NCBI GenBank assembly: GCA_022710715.1 | Contig: JAKLGJ010000003.1 | Coordinates: 358,558 to 422,557 of the forward strand | Length of the DNA stretch: 64,000 nucleotides | Reading direction: 5' to 3' | From: Candidatus Omnitrophota bacterium | Lineage (GTDB): Bacteria > Omnitrophota > Gorgyraeia > Gygaellales > Profunditerraquicolaceae | In this document: piece by piece, positions 29,028 through 38,395 of the stretch | Position numbering within the stretch: the first letter of the stretch is position 1 | How the letters are laid out: every line of letters begins with the position of its first letter | The notes under the pieces: model-generated | The model's input: the letters and a program-made list of their open reading frames with translations, nothing else | What the model was told of the DNA's origin: nothing | Database searches by the model: none | Program-made: the position numbers and the translations under genes

Positions 29028-30731
29028 TTAAAATTGCTTGGATGCTGAAAGCCAGGGATGGAAATGATCGCCGTCCGACGGTGTTTTAGCCAGCGGCCAG
29101 GCCAGGTCAACCCGCAGGGAAAAATCCTCCGGCAGGGTAAACCTGAAACCGAAGCCCACGCTGCGCAGAGTGCCGCGTTTCCTCTCTCCTGCCTGGGGAT
29201 TCTTCAGACGCACCCAGCCCAGATCATAGAAGAGCGCAGTTTTGAAAGCATTGTAGAATGTTGCTTTGGAGAAAGGAACCTTTAAATCTTTGGGACAGCA
29301 ATACGGCGGAATGATCCATTCCAAAGTGGAAGTGAATCCCTGATCCCCGACATATTCGCCGGAAGGATACCCTCTGACATTGGAGATGCCGCCAATCTGC
29401 ATCTGCTGGGAAGCAGCCAGGACATACGGGGAAAGCTGCAGCTGATTTTTCCACAAAACCGCGGTGGACCAGGGAGCTTTCTGCAAATGCAGCAGATTCG
29501 CGGAATGCTTAAGGAACTTGCCGCCTGCGCCGGTTCGCGAAGCGCGGCTGTCTTTAGCTTTCAAGCCGCCCATGATGCCGGAAAATCCAAAATCGGATTC
29601 GGGAGAAAAAATCGTTCTGCCGCCCCAGGGATTGGAGTAATCGATATCAAAACCCAGCTTCGCCCAACGCAACCGGTCCCGGCTCTGTTCGACTCCGGCC
29701 TGAAAGTTGAACGAATCCAGATAATCGAACCCGGTGTTGAACGTAACCGTCAGATCGTTGCGGCTTAACATTTCGTACATGCCGAATATTCCGTACATCC
29801 GGCTTTTTCCCCGGGACTGTAAAGCCCGGTATTCCTGACCCAGGGCAAGTTTCGAGTGGGTAGCGTAGACGCCCACTTTTGTCCGCGGATTCACCGGCGC
29901 CAGGTAACGAGCGGCAAGCAAACGATAATCTTCCGCATCAGCCAGCTGATACTGCAAAGAGAAAATGTCGTCAAAACCGAGCAGATTGTTATGGCTTAAG
30001 GTGGTGGAATAACGGTCTTTGCGCACATAACGGGAACCGTAATTGTCCCAATCCAGCCGGGCGTGCAGAGGCAATCGGTCGGTCACCTGCAAAACGATAT
30101 CCGTGGACCCGGGGTCTTTTCCCGGGACCAGCACTGCTTTGACCTGGCGGTCGGGATGCTCATTGAGCTTGGAGAGGCTTACCCGGAGATCGTCATAGTT
30201 GAACGGCTCTCCCCTTTCAAGGATGATCGCCTTGCGGATCAGAGCGGATCGAAAAAAACGGTTGCCCTTTACCTCCACATCCCCGGTAGTTCCCTCTATG
30301 GCCTTGATCTGCAGCTCGCCGCCTTCGATTTTCTGGGGAGGCAGGTAGCCGCGCGAGGTCACATACCCCTTACTGCGGTAAGCGTCGGTAATCAGATCGA
30401 CCACTTTCTGCATATCCGCTAAAGAAATCTCTTTGTTCTCGAACGGAGCCACGATATCCGCGATTTCCATCTGGCTTAAGAGAGTAACGCCGGTAACAGT
30501 GATCTTCTTGACGAAAGCCTTTTGATCTTTGGAAGGCAACGGCTGTGAAACTACCGGCTGCTCTTCTATGACCGGAGCCGCCGGTTCCTGTTCAATGCGT
30601 TCCCGCAGAGCTTTCTCCTGCTCGATCTGACGTTCCTCCTGCTGGACTTTCTCCGCCTGCTGGGCAAGAACCAACGAAGGGAATAACAACGTCATAGAGA
30701 TGATCACTATGCCGATCTTTGATCTGTTCAT
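29028..30731 (-). CDS. ShlB/FhaC/HecB-family TpsB outer-membrane transporter (POTRA domains plus 16-strand barrel)
   Basis: Signal peptide. POTRA region ITVTGVTLLSQMEI...YRSKGYVTSRGYLPPQKIEGGELQIKAIEGTTGDVEVKGN. A C-terminal barrel has alternating hydrophobic residues and ends SASKQF. Confidence 0.85.
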   Translation of the reverse strand: MNRSKIGIVIISMTLLFPSLVLAQQAEKVQQEERQIEQEKALRERIEQEPAAPVIEEQPVVSQPLPSKDQKAFVKKITVTGVTLLSQMEIADIVAPFENKEISLADMQKVVDLITDAYRSKGYVTSRGYLPPQKIEGGELQIKAIEGTTGDVEVKGNRFFRSALIRKAIILERGEPFNYDDLRVSLSKLNEHPDRQVKAVLVPGKDPGSTDIVLQVTDRLPLHARLDWDNYGSRYVRKDRYSTTLSHNNLLGFDDIFSLQYQLADAEDYRLLAARYLAPVNPRTKVGVYATHSKLALGQEYRALQSRGKSRMYGIFGMYEMLSRNDLTVTFNTGFDYLDSFNFQAGVEQSRDRLRWAKLGFDIDYSNPWGGRTIFSPESDFGFSGIMGGLKAKDSRASRTGAGGKFLKHSANLLHLQKAPWSTAVLWKNQLQLSPYVLAASQQMQIGGISNVRGYPSGEYVGDQGFTSTLEWIIPPYCCPKDLKVPFSKATFYNAFKTALFYDLGWVRLKNPQAGERKRGTLRSVGFGFRFTLPEDFSLRVDLAWPLAKTPSDGDHFHPWLSASKQF

Positions 30732-30925
30732 ATACCCCTCTCTTTTTCTGGAAATAGATCCTGCGGCCTGCCTGCGCCCGGAAGAAAGCAGGAGTGTAAA
30801 TTTCGCGTATATACGTATTTTATCATAGACTTTCGTCTCTGCAATAAATTATTATTCTAACCGGTCACCAAACGTTGTGATGATTTTTTGCTTGAATTTT
30901 AACGCAATTACGCTACAATACAAGT

Positions 30926-31663
30926 ATGTTCCTCTTTATCCGGCTGGTACTGGCGCATTTCCTGGGAGATTTCCCCTTTCAGTTCGACACCATTTACAAA
31001 CTGAAGTTCCAGGGGATCAAAGGAATCATCCCGCATGTACTGATCATTGCCGGCTGCAGCCTGTTGCTCTCCTGGCCTTATCTCAACCTGCCGCTGATGT
31101 GGGTCTTTATTGCGTTTGTCACCGCCGTACATTTGATCGAAGATTCCATCAAACTGAATTTCGGGACTAAAAAGTTCAGCTTCTGGGCATATATCGTCGA
31201 CCAACTGGTACATGTGGGCACTATCGCGCTTTTGCTGCTTACCGATCTCAAGCATCTTCCCCCTCCGGCAAACCAGGAAAACGTCCTGGTGCGGATCTAT
31301 ACCAATAACCATCTGATGCTTTTCATCATCGCGCTGATCGTGGCCACGTATAACGGGCATTTCCTGATCCGCTGCTTCAAAGACACCTTTTTTACCCGAG
31401 TAAATCAATGTTATATGCACGAAAAATGGTTCGGGATGGTAGAACGGGGAATGATCGTAGCGCTCTTCTTCGCTCGGGTGCCTCTTTTGATCCTGCTGGC
31501 AGTTAGCCTGTTGCTGCGGCCGCTGGCCTACCGCCTGCTCAAAAAACCTCTCTCTTTACACTCCTGCTTCATATCCAGAGCGGATACCGCGTTGAGCTGG
31601 ACGGTGGGAATGCTCACCGGCATAGCCCTCTGGCTACTTCAAACCCACTACCCGGTATATTGA
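30926..31663 (+). CDS. DUF3307-family polytopic membrane protein
   Basis: The only clear plus-strand gene in this region. N-terminal LAHFLGDFPFQ motif typical of DUF3307. 6-7 TM helices. Confidence 0.45.
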   Translation: MFLFIRLVLAHFLGDFPFQFDTIYKLKFQGIKGIIPHVLIIAGCSLLLSWPYLNLPLMWVFIAFVTAVHLIEDSIKLNFGTKKFSFWAYIVDQLVHVGTIALLLLTDLKHLPPPANQENVLVRIYTNNHLMLFIIALIVATYNGHFLIRCFKDTFFTRVNQCYMHEKWFGMVERGMIVALFFARVPLLILLAVSLLLRPLAYRLLKKPLSLHSCFISRADTALSWTVGMLTGIALWLLQTHYPVY

Positions 31664-33883
31664 AATAGGTTTGGCCTTACCCTTGACCGAGATCGGCTCG
31701 AGTTTTTCCACGTTGATCTGGTCCTTGACCTGCTCGTAGGTACCCTCGCTTATGATGATCTCGTCTTTGCTCGCCGCCGCGCAAAGCCGGGCGCCCAGGT
31801 TCACATTATCGCCGATGACCGTGTAATCCATGCGCGCGGCAGACCCCATGTTCCCCACGACCATATCCCCGGTATTGATCCCGATCCCGATCTGCAAAGC
31901 CTGTTTCTTCTCCTGATCCCACTTTGTCTTGAGCCCCTTCATCTTTTCCTGTATCTCGATGGCGGTGCGCACCGCCATCAAAGCGTGGTTGTTGACATGC
32001 TGATTGCCCGGCGCCCCGAAGAACGCCATCAGCTCATCTCCTACGAATTTATCCAGCGTGCCGTTATACTTGAAAACCACATCCACCTGCTGGGTGAGGA
32101 TCTCGTTGAGCATGGCCACGACTTCTTCGGGTTGATGCGATTCCGAAAACGAAGTGAATCCTCTGACGTCGGAGAAGATGACCGTGAGCATCCTGCGCTC
32201 CCCGCCCAGCTTCAGGCGGGAAGGATCATCGAGCAACTCGGTGATGACCGCGTCGGAAAGATAATGGCCGAAGGCGTGTTTGATCCAGAGCTTCTCTTTC
32301 TCTTCGGTAAAGAAACGGAAGCTGGTGATGGACATGAAACCGAAGACGACGATGCCCGTCGGCCCCACCAGGTCGATCCAGAGCCCGGCAGTGATAAAAA
32401 GATATAAAGCCAGCAGGAAAAAACCCACCGCATACCCCAGAACGATAAGCAGGCTCTTCCAGAGTTTAAGCAGCGAGCTGAACCCTACCACCAGAGCGGT
32501 GAACAGAAAGATCAGTATGCGCGGCAGCGCCGACTGCCGGACGATGAAACGCTCGGTGAGAATGGTATTGATCAGGTTGGAGTGCGTGCCGACCATGGGA
32601 TAATGGTCCTGCAGCGGGATCGGACGCAGGTCATGCGTGCCGGTGGCGGTCAGGCCGACGATACAGATCTTATCCCTGACTATGGACGCAAGCAGATCTT
32701 TAAGCTTCTGCGCGTCCTTGCGCCAGTAAGCAAGCTCTTTTTCGGTCAACGCCTCTCCCGGCTGTTCCAGTCGCCGGCGGTTCTGCTGCAGCTCCAGGAT
32801 ATCGCCATACGATACATGCTTGAAGGTGGAATCCCAGGTGCCGTGCCAGTTCACCAGCATGCATCCCTGTTCATCCACCGGGATAACGATATCCTTGATC
32901 CCGGGATGAAAACGCGCTCCTTTAAAAATGATCCGGTTCCTGCCGATTTCCACCTTCTTTACTTCCAACCGGTCAAGCAGCGCGGCAACGGTCAGCTGGG
33001 GCAGGATATTGTCATGGTAGCGCACGAATAACGGGACCTTGCGGGTGACCCCGTCCAGATCAGGATCGGCATTGATGAACCCGCTTCCTTTCATCCTCTC
33101 CGCGAAAAGACGGATAGGGACATTCAATCTTCCGGACTCTTTTTTGAACGGCCAGCGGTCAACGGGGATGTCCGCGGCGAATCTTTTCACGAAAAAATCC
33201 ACCAGTTTTTGATGTTCCACTTCCCCCTGGACGATAATCTCTTCGGCGTCAAACAAAAACCACCCGTAGGTTTTCTCCATCTGATCCAGGATATCCTCAA
33301 ACGAACTGTCCGGCTGCTTGCGCAGCAGCTCGCGCGCTACTTCTTCAAGCAGCATTCTCCTGGCTTCAGGAAGCTTTTCTCCCACCATCTTGATATCGAT
33401 GCCCAGATGCGCGGCGGCTTCCCGCGCGGAGAGATCGATTTTCTTCAGGAGCAATTCTTTCAGTTTGGGGAACGGGAAAGCTTTGACTTCGTCGAAATAA
33501 AACGGCAGGTAGGTTATGGCAGAACGGTAGATAGCGTCGTTGAACAGCGCGTCCTGCTGCGGGTCATCCTTGAATTCTTCGCTGAAAATGACATCCCAGA
33601 GCACCTGCTTGGCGCCGCATTCTTTCAAGAAGGACGTCAACTGGGCGTGATAGCTCCTCGGCCAGGGCCATCTGCCTACTCGATCCAGACTTTTTTCGTC
33701 TATATCGATGTGCACGATCGGCCCCCGGGTAGGCATCGCCCCCCGAAGGATAAAACGCAGGTCTAACGCTTTGAGTTCAAGAATCTGGTAGGCCCTTGAC
33801 TGTAAGGAAAGCAGCAGCAGGCCCGCCACGCCGAGCGCAAAAGCAAGGCTGACCAGTAGTTTAATGCGGGTTTTCTTATTCAC
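31634..33883 (-). CDS. CHASE2-sensor class III adenylate/guanylate cyclase
   Basis: N-terminal TM, then a CHASE2 region (ICIVGLTATGTHDLRPIPL..YPMVG) and a TM bundle. The C-terminal cyclase domain has TVIFSDVRGFTSFSE ... FVGDELMAFFGAP ... GINTGDMVVGNMG. Confidence 0.85.
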   Translation of the reverse strand: MNKKTRIKLLVSLAFALGVAGLLLLSLQSRAYQILELKALDLRFILRGAMPTRGPIVHIDIDEKSLDRVGRWPWPRSYHAQLTSFLKECGAKQVLWDVIFSEEFKDDPQQDALFNDAIYRSAITYLPFYFDEVKAFPFPKLKELLLKKIDLSAREAAAHLGIDIKMVGEKLPEARRMLLEEVARELLRKQPDSSFEDILDQMEKTYGWFLFDAEEIIVQGEVEHQKLVDFFVKRFAADIPVDRWPFKKESGRLNVPIRLFAERMKGSGFINADPDLDGVTRKVPLFVRYHDNILPQLTVAALLDRLEVKKVEIGRNRIIFKGARFHPGIKDIVIPVDEQGCMLVNWHGTWDSTFKHVSYGDILELQQNRRRLEQPGEALTEKELAYWRKDAQKLKDLLASIVRDKICIVGLTATGTHDLRPIPLQDHYPMVGTHSNLINTILTERFIVRQSALPRILIFLFTALVVGFSSLLKLWKSLLIVLGYAVGFFLLALYLFITAGLWIDLVGPTGIVVFGFMSITSFRFFTEEKEKLWIKHAFGHYLSDAVITELLDDPSRLKLGGERRMLTVIFSDVRGFTSFSESHQPEEVVAMLNEILTQQVDVVFKYNGTLDKFVGDELMAFFGAPGNQHVNNHALMAVRTAIEIQEKMKGLKTKWDQEKKQALQIGIGINTGDMVVGNMGSAARMDYTVIGDNVNLGARLCAAASKDEIIISEGTYEQVKDQINVEKLEPISVKGKAKPISIYRVVGLK

Positions 33884-33907
33884 TACTCTCTCTAGCCTTC
33901 TATGCCA

Positions 33908-34945
33908 TTAGAAACGGTAATAGGTGGTCAAGGCGATCAGTGAGCCGGAATAACGCTCTGAAGGTTCGTTAGAGCGATTCTGCCGATACGTATAGCTCAA
34001 ACCGAAGGTCGTGGCTTTATTATACGCGTAATAGAGCGCGGTATTGATCAGATAGGTCTTGTCGCGCTCGTGCGCGCCGGCGTCATTGATCAACGTGCGG
34101 CTGCGGAAATCACGATACTGCCGGGAAGCCGAAGCATACCCCGAAAACTTATCGTTAAAAATATGGGTGAACGCGGCGCCCAGCCGGTATGAATCATAAT
34201 CATAGTAATTCAGGTATTTATCGTTGGAGTTATTGTTGAAATACTGGAAAGTGAGCTTCAGCATGTCTTTGGTGAAATATTTACCGATCTCGTAATCGAC
34301 GGTATTGCGCACATCCTTGCGGTTCTTGGTGGTGACCAGAGCGCTGGTGGTGCGGTTATACCTCCTGGAATAATCGCGGTAGCTCAATCCATAGCCAAGG
34401 GTTTGGAACATCTTATTCCCCAGCATATGCTTGAGCTTGCCGCCCAGTTCATGCTCGGTGTAATCATCGACTCCGGTCTGGATATATTCGATGGAGTCAA
34501 AAGCGTAGCCGCCGGACAGATTCAGATTTTTTGTCAACGCGTGATCGATCTCGCCGCTGACGCCGTTACGGATGACATCGAGCTTGCTTTCTCCGGCGTA
34601 CATCAGGTTCATCACTTCATAACTCGCCGTTACCCCGGTTTTCTCGGAAAGAGAGCTGACGAACGTCCCGCGCAGGAACTGCTGGGTATACATATCCCCT
34701 TCCCGGCGGCTATCCAGCCAGGTATTGTTATCATAACCAACGGAGACCGCGGCCAGCCAGCCGACCATGCCTTTGTCGATAAGCGTCTGTTTCGGCTCAA
34801 GATAGATCTTCTTATGCGGCTCCAGATACATCTGTTTCGTGCGCGGAGTCACTTCCTCATCGGGCTTATCCTGCGCGAAACCGGCGGCAGGAATAAGCGC
34901 CAACCCCAGGATTACCATTAGCGACTTACGATACATGCTCTTCAT
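33908..34945 (-). CDS. Putative outer-membrane beta-barrel protein
   Basis: Signal peptide (LALIPAAGFAQD). Alternating amphipathic strands rich in Y/T/S. The C-terminal residue is aromatic (YYRF). Confidence 0.5.
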   Translation of the reverse strand: MKSMYRKSLMVILGLALIPAAGFAQDKPDEEVTPRTKQMYLEPHKKIYLEPKQTLIDKGMVGWLAAVSVGYDNNTWLDSRREGDMYTQQFLRGTFVSSLSEKTGVTASYEVMNLMYAGESKLDVIRNGVSGEIDHALTKNLNLSGGYAFDSIEYIQTGVDDYTEHELGGKLKHMLGNKMFQTLGYGLSYRDYSRRYNRTTSALVTTKNRKDVRNTVDYEIGKYFTKDMLKLTFQYFNNNSNDKYLNYYDYDSYRLGAAFTHIFNDKFSGYASASRQYRDFRSRTLINDAGAHERDKTYLINTALYYAYNKATTFGLSYTYRQNRSNEPSERYSGSLIALTTYYRF

Positions 34946-34970
34946 TGTCCCTCCTTAGAAAAATCCGGGT

Positions 34971-35804
34971 TTAATACTGCGGCTCTTCTTCGATAACCGT
35001 ACGCAATTCTTCGATCTTCTTTTCGGTATTGGAATCGTCGGTCGCTTCTTTCAGGGTATCGACGACTTCTTCGATCACGCCGGTCTGCTCGACTGCCTCG
35101 GCCGCTTTCTCCTGCACGGTCTCACGCAACCTGCGTGCGCCTTCGGATTCGACGCGCTCCCTGCCTTCAGCGCGCGAAGTCAGGTCTTCCTTGATATTAT
35201 CGAACCGGTCGAATTCCCGCATGCTGATCTGGCTCAAAGCTCCCGGAGATTCAAAACGGTCGATAAAGGTTTTGAACCCCTGCGGCAGCATAATATCCGA
35301 AAGCTGGTTCTTTTCGGCGTCGAATGTTTTGACAAACACCGTGTCTTTATACGCGGATACCTCGTCGGAATCAACTTCGCTGTACACCATATAGCTGGAT
35401 CCTCTGACGCCGGCTACCGCGGAAGGCGTGGTGACTTCGAAGCTCAACCCTTCCTTAATATTCTCCATGTTGGAATACACCCGGCCGCGGGAAAGGTTCA
35501 AACGGTCGATCTGATCGTCGGATTCGGTATTCAGGACCACCAGGGTCTTTTCTCCCAGACGGATGGTGTTCTTTTTCTCCGCATCGAGAGCGATATCCAC
35601 TTCGGAACGCCGGGCGGTGCGGATAGAATCGCCGATATCCACTTTCATGCCCTTTTCCAAAGTCTTCCAGACCCCGTCGGTTGACGACATGACCTGGACG
35701 TTTCCCTTGACATAGATAGCTTCGGCTGCCTCAACCAGCGCGGCGCCGCAGAACAGCCCGCATAACAGCATTGCGCCTGTAACCACTTTCTGATATTTTT
35801 TCAT
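34971..35804 (-). CDS. FecR-domain periplasmic protein with an acidic, probably coiled-coil C-terminal tail
   Basis: Signal peptide. FecR-like core GNVQVM....W..L..G..V..GDSIRT...SEVDIAL......RL.E.T......FEVTTPSAVAGVRGS. The C-terminal 90 aa are E/K-rich. Confidence 0.6.
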   Translation of the reverse strand: MKKYQKVVTGAMLLCGLFCGAALVEAAEAIYVKGNVQVMSSTDGVWKTLEKGMKVDIGDSIRTARRSEVDIALDAEKKNTIRLGEKTLVVLNTESDDQIDRLNLSRGRVYSNMENIKEGLSFEVTTPSAVAGVRGSSYMVYSEVDSDEVSAYKDTVFVKTFDAEKNQLSDIMLPQGFKTFIDRFESPGALSQISMREFDRFDNIKEDLTSRAEGRERVESEGARRLRETVQEKAAEAVEQTGVIEEVVDTLKEATDDSNTEKKIEELRTVIEEEPQY

Positions 35805-35864
35805 GCCTGCCTCTCCCTTTTATACGCCTATTAGCGACATTCCATCCAACGTCATCGATCTACT

Positions 35865-37604
35865 TTAGAATCCTTTGGTCACACACCACCAGATATGCGG
35901 GGAATCGCCGTCTTTCGGCTCATCTTCCGTAAGCGGCCACCCTACATCGACGCGGGTGGACAGGCTTTTGTCGGGAACGGTGAAGGTAAAGCCAAAACCG
36001 GCGGAAGCCAGTTCAACGCGTTTTGCGTCTGTAGGCTGCGGATTCTTCAACGTCGCCTTAGCCCAATCCATAAACGTGAACAGTTTGATCGCATCGTACA
36101 TCTTGGTCTTGGAACCCGGGACGTTCATGGAGCGGGAAACGCCGAACGGCGGAAAAGTAAACCCGGCCATCAGGGATTGCCCGGAGTCTCCGGGAGCCTG
36201 GGCGCGGGGATAACCGCGGTCGTCGATAACGCCCATGAAACCGCCCACGCTGAACACGTTCACGCCGGTCAGCGACTGGTTGGAAAGCTGCCAGTGGCCC
36301 TTGGTGATAAAATCGATCCCGTTGAAAAGCTTCTGCCTGCGGGCGATCACCAGGTGATTCTTCTTGTAACCGCTGCCCGCGCCCTTGACCGAAGTAGAAT
36401 CGTCCTCGCGGGTAGAACCGCCGAACAGCCTCGGGATGCCGATCTCCAGGTCATTGCTGATCACCCATCTGCCGTATTTATCCGCGCGGTTGAAATCCAG
36501 CCCCCACATAAGCGCACGGAACAGATCGGAACTCTGCTGGCGTCCGTATTTCCACCAGTGGATATCCTTCTGGACATAGCCGTATTGCGAACTCAATTCA
36601 AAATCCGGCTGATCGACCAGGGACTGATAGAACCAGAAATACCATTTATGTGCGTGCTTCTCGAAATCCGTATCCGGGTTGTCCGACCCGACATAATCTT
36701 CCTTCTTATACGGCATGTAATACAGTTCCAGCTTCCAGTTCCGGTTCAAGGGAAGGAAGTAATCCGCGTCGTAAAGCTTATGCGTATTACCTTCCGTCAA
36801 CTGCGCCTTGAAGGTAATGGAATCGTCATGGCCGGTAAGGTTATTGTTGGTGAAGAATGTCTTGTACCGTCTATAGTTGATGAATTCCGACCCGTAATTA
36901 TCCGTCTGCAGGGTTACGTGCAGGGGAGATTTATCTTTCACGGTCAGGGTAATATCGGTAAATCCGGTGGCGACATTGGGATCGCAGGTAAGCGCGACTT
37001 TGCGGTCCGGATGCTTGTTCATCTTATACAGATCGTTATTGAGCTCTTTGAAATTGAACAGGTCGCCTTCCTGCAAGCCGACCTTCTTTCTCAAGATCTC
37101 TGTGGAGAACGTCTGGTTGCCTTCGATAATGATCTTGCCGGTGCGGCCTTCCGAAACCTGTATCTCGAGAATTCCCGCAGAAAGCTTGTCCGTATTGACC
37201 ACGCCGAAAGAAGTGATGTAGCCTTCGCGAGTGTAGGCGCGGGTGACCGTATCCGCGACCATCTGGATCTGCCGGGCGGATAGTTCCCTGTTTTCATACT
37301 CCGCCTTGAGCTTGTTGATCGCTTCCGGGGCGAGAATGGTCGAGCCGACCACCGAAACTTCGCTGATCTTCGTCTTGCCGGCGGGAATGACCGGTTTGGG
37401 CATCTGGGCTTCGACGCGCTGTTTAAGTACGATCGCCGGAGACTTAACCCTCTTGCTTGAAAGACTATCGGCTATCGCCTGCGCCTTGGGACCGTCCTCA
37501 TCTCCTCCGTCTACGGCGAATACCGCAGCGGGAATTGCCATGACCGCGAAAAACAGGGTGAGCGCAAAAAACAGTGAATTGCGTAACCATTCTTTGTTCA
37601 GCAT
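35865..37604 (-). CDS. ShlB/FhaC-family (TpsB-like, Omp85 superfamily) outer-membrane transporter with no adjacent TpsA
   Basis: Signal peptide. POTRA region ISEVSVVGSTILAPEAI...YTREGYITSFGVVNTDKLSAGILEIQVSEGRTGKIIIEGN. The barrel ends VTKGF. About 30% similar to the TpsB at 29028 across the POTRA region. Confidence 0.8.
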   Translation of the reverse strand: MLNKEWLRNSLFFALTLFFAVMAIPAAVFAVDGGDEDGPKAQAIADSLSSKRVKSPAIVLKQRVEAQMPKPVIPAGKTKISEVSVVGSTILAPEAINKLKAEYENRELSARQIQMVADTVTRAYTREGYITSFGVVNTDKLSAGILEIQVSEGRTGKIIIEGNQTFSTEILRKKVGLQEGDLFNFKELNNDLYKMNKHPDRKVALTCDPNVATGFTDITLTVKDKSPLHVTLQTDNYGSEFINYRRYKTFFTNNNLTGHDDSITFKAQLTEGNTHKLYDADYFLPLNRNWKLELYYMPYKKEDYVGSDNPDTDFEKHAHKWYFWFYQSLVDQPDFELSSQYGYVQKDIHWWKYGRQQSSDLFRALMWGLDFNRADKYGRWVISNDLEIGIPRLFGGSTREDDSTSVKGAGSGYKKNHLVIARRQKLFNGIDFITKGHWQLSNQSLTGVNVFSVGGFMGVIDDRGYPRAQAPGDSGQSLMAGFTFPPFGVSRSMNVPGSKTKMYDAIKLFTFMDWAKATLKNPQPTDAKRVELASAGFGFTFTVPDKSLSTRVDVGWPLTEDEPKDGDSPHIWWCVTKGF

Positions 37605-37706
37605 GGATACATCCTCCTTTTACAAGACGCCAAACCTACATACGCACAGGTATATAGGTATTATGTTAAAGACTCCCCGTAAAATTGTCAAGCTAATACT
37701 GCGCTC

Positions 37707-38384
37707 TTATTTTTCGTTAAGCTTTTGCGAAAAATAGTTGATAAAAATGACCACAAAGAGCACGCAAACCATTAATTGCGCCATGACCACTACCTGCCCG
37801 GCATGATCCCTGGCGGTGATATCCCCGAATCCCACCGTGGTAGTAGCCACAATGCTGAAATACAAAGCGCCGATCGCATCCACCGGCCGGGAAAGCAGAT
37901 CATACGCCCGATAGATCACCGCGAAACCGAAAGCGATCTCGGCGTAATGCAGAAAGATCAATACCAGCGACCGGCGATAGGAAATTGCCGCGGAATGGAC
38001 GTCCGCAAGGAAGATCAAATGGAGAATGTGCACCAGCGTATCGCTCATCAGATACACCACCAGAAAGATCACTGCCGGCGATTGATACCCGCGCGTAAAC
38101 AGCACTGCCAGGGGGAAGAAGAACTTGAGAACCGCATAGACCTCGACTGCCAGCCTCCGGCCGCGGCTCCCCCACCGGCCGAAAATATCGCGGATGAGCA
38201 AAACCGGATACAAAAACTGGATCGCGCACAAGAACAGACGCACCAGCCGCTCCAGACCGTAATTTTCCTCGTTCCAGACTTTCTTGAGGAACTTCCACTG
38301 CTGGGCGTAGGCTTCCGCGAGCCGCGGTTCGCCGCCTGAAGCGGTTGCAGGATTCAAAAAAAGTTTAAGCAACGTTTTATGCAT
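37707..38384 (-). CDS. Potassium-channel-like ion channel (pore loop TTVGFGD)
   Basis: C-terminal pore helix with the selectivity filter FSIVATTTVGFGDITA. Several TM helices. Confidence 0.65.
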   Translation of the reverse strand: MHKTLLKLFLNPATASGGEPRLAEAYAQQWKFLKKVWNEENYGLERLVRLFLCAIQFLYPVLLIRDIFGRWGSRGRRLAVEVYAVLKFFFPLAVLFTRGYQSPAVIFLVVYLMSDTLVHILHLIFLADVHSAAISYRRSLVLIFLHYAEIAFGFAVIYRAYDLLSRPVDAIGALYFSIVATTTVGFGDITARDHAGQVVVMAQLMVCVLFVVIFINYFSQKLNEK

Positions 38385-38395
38385 ACAGCGTGAGC

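Noticed and set aside
35895-37283. 462-aa plus-strand ORF
   Set aside because: It is antisense to the TpsB-like transporter, whose minus-strand frame has clear POTRA and barrel features.
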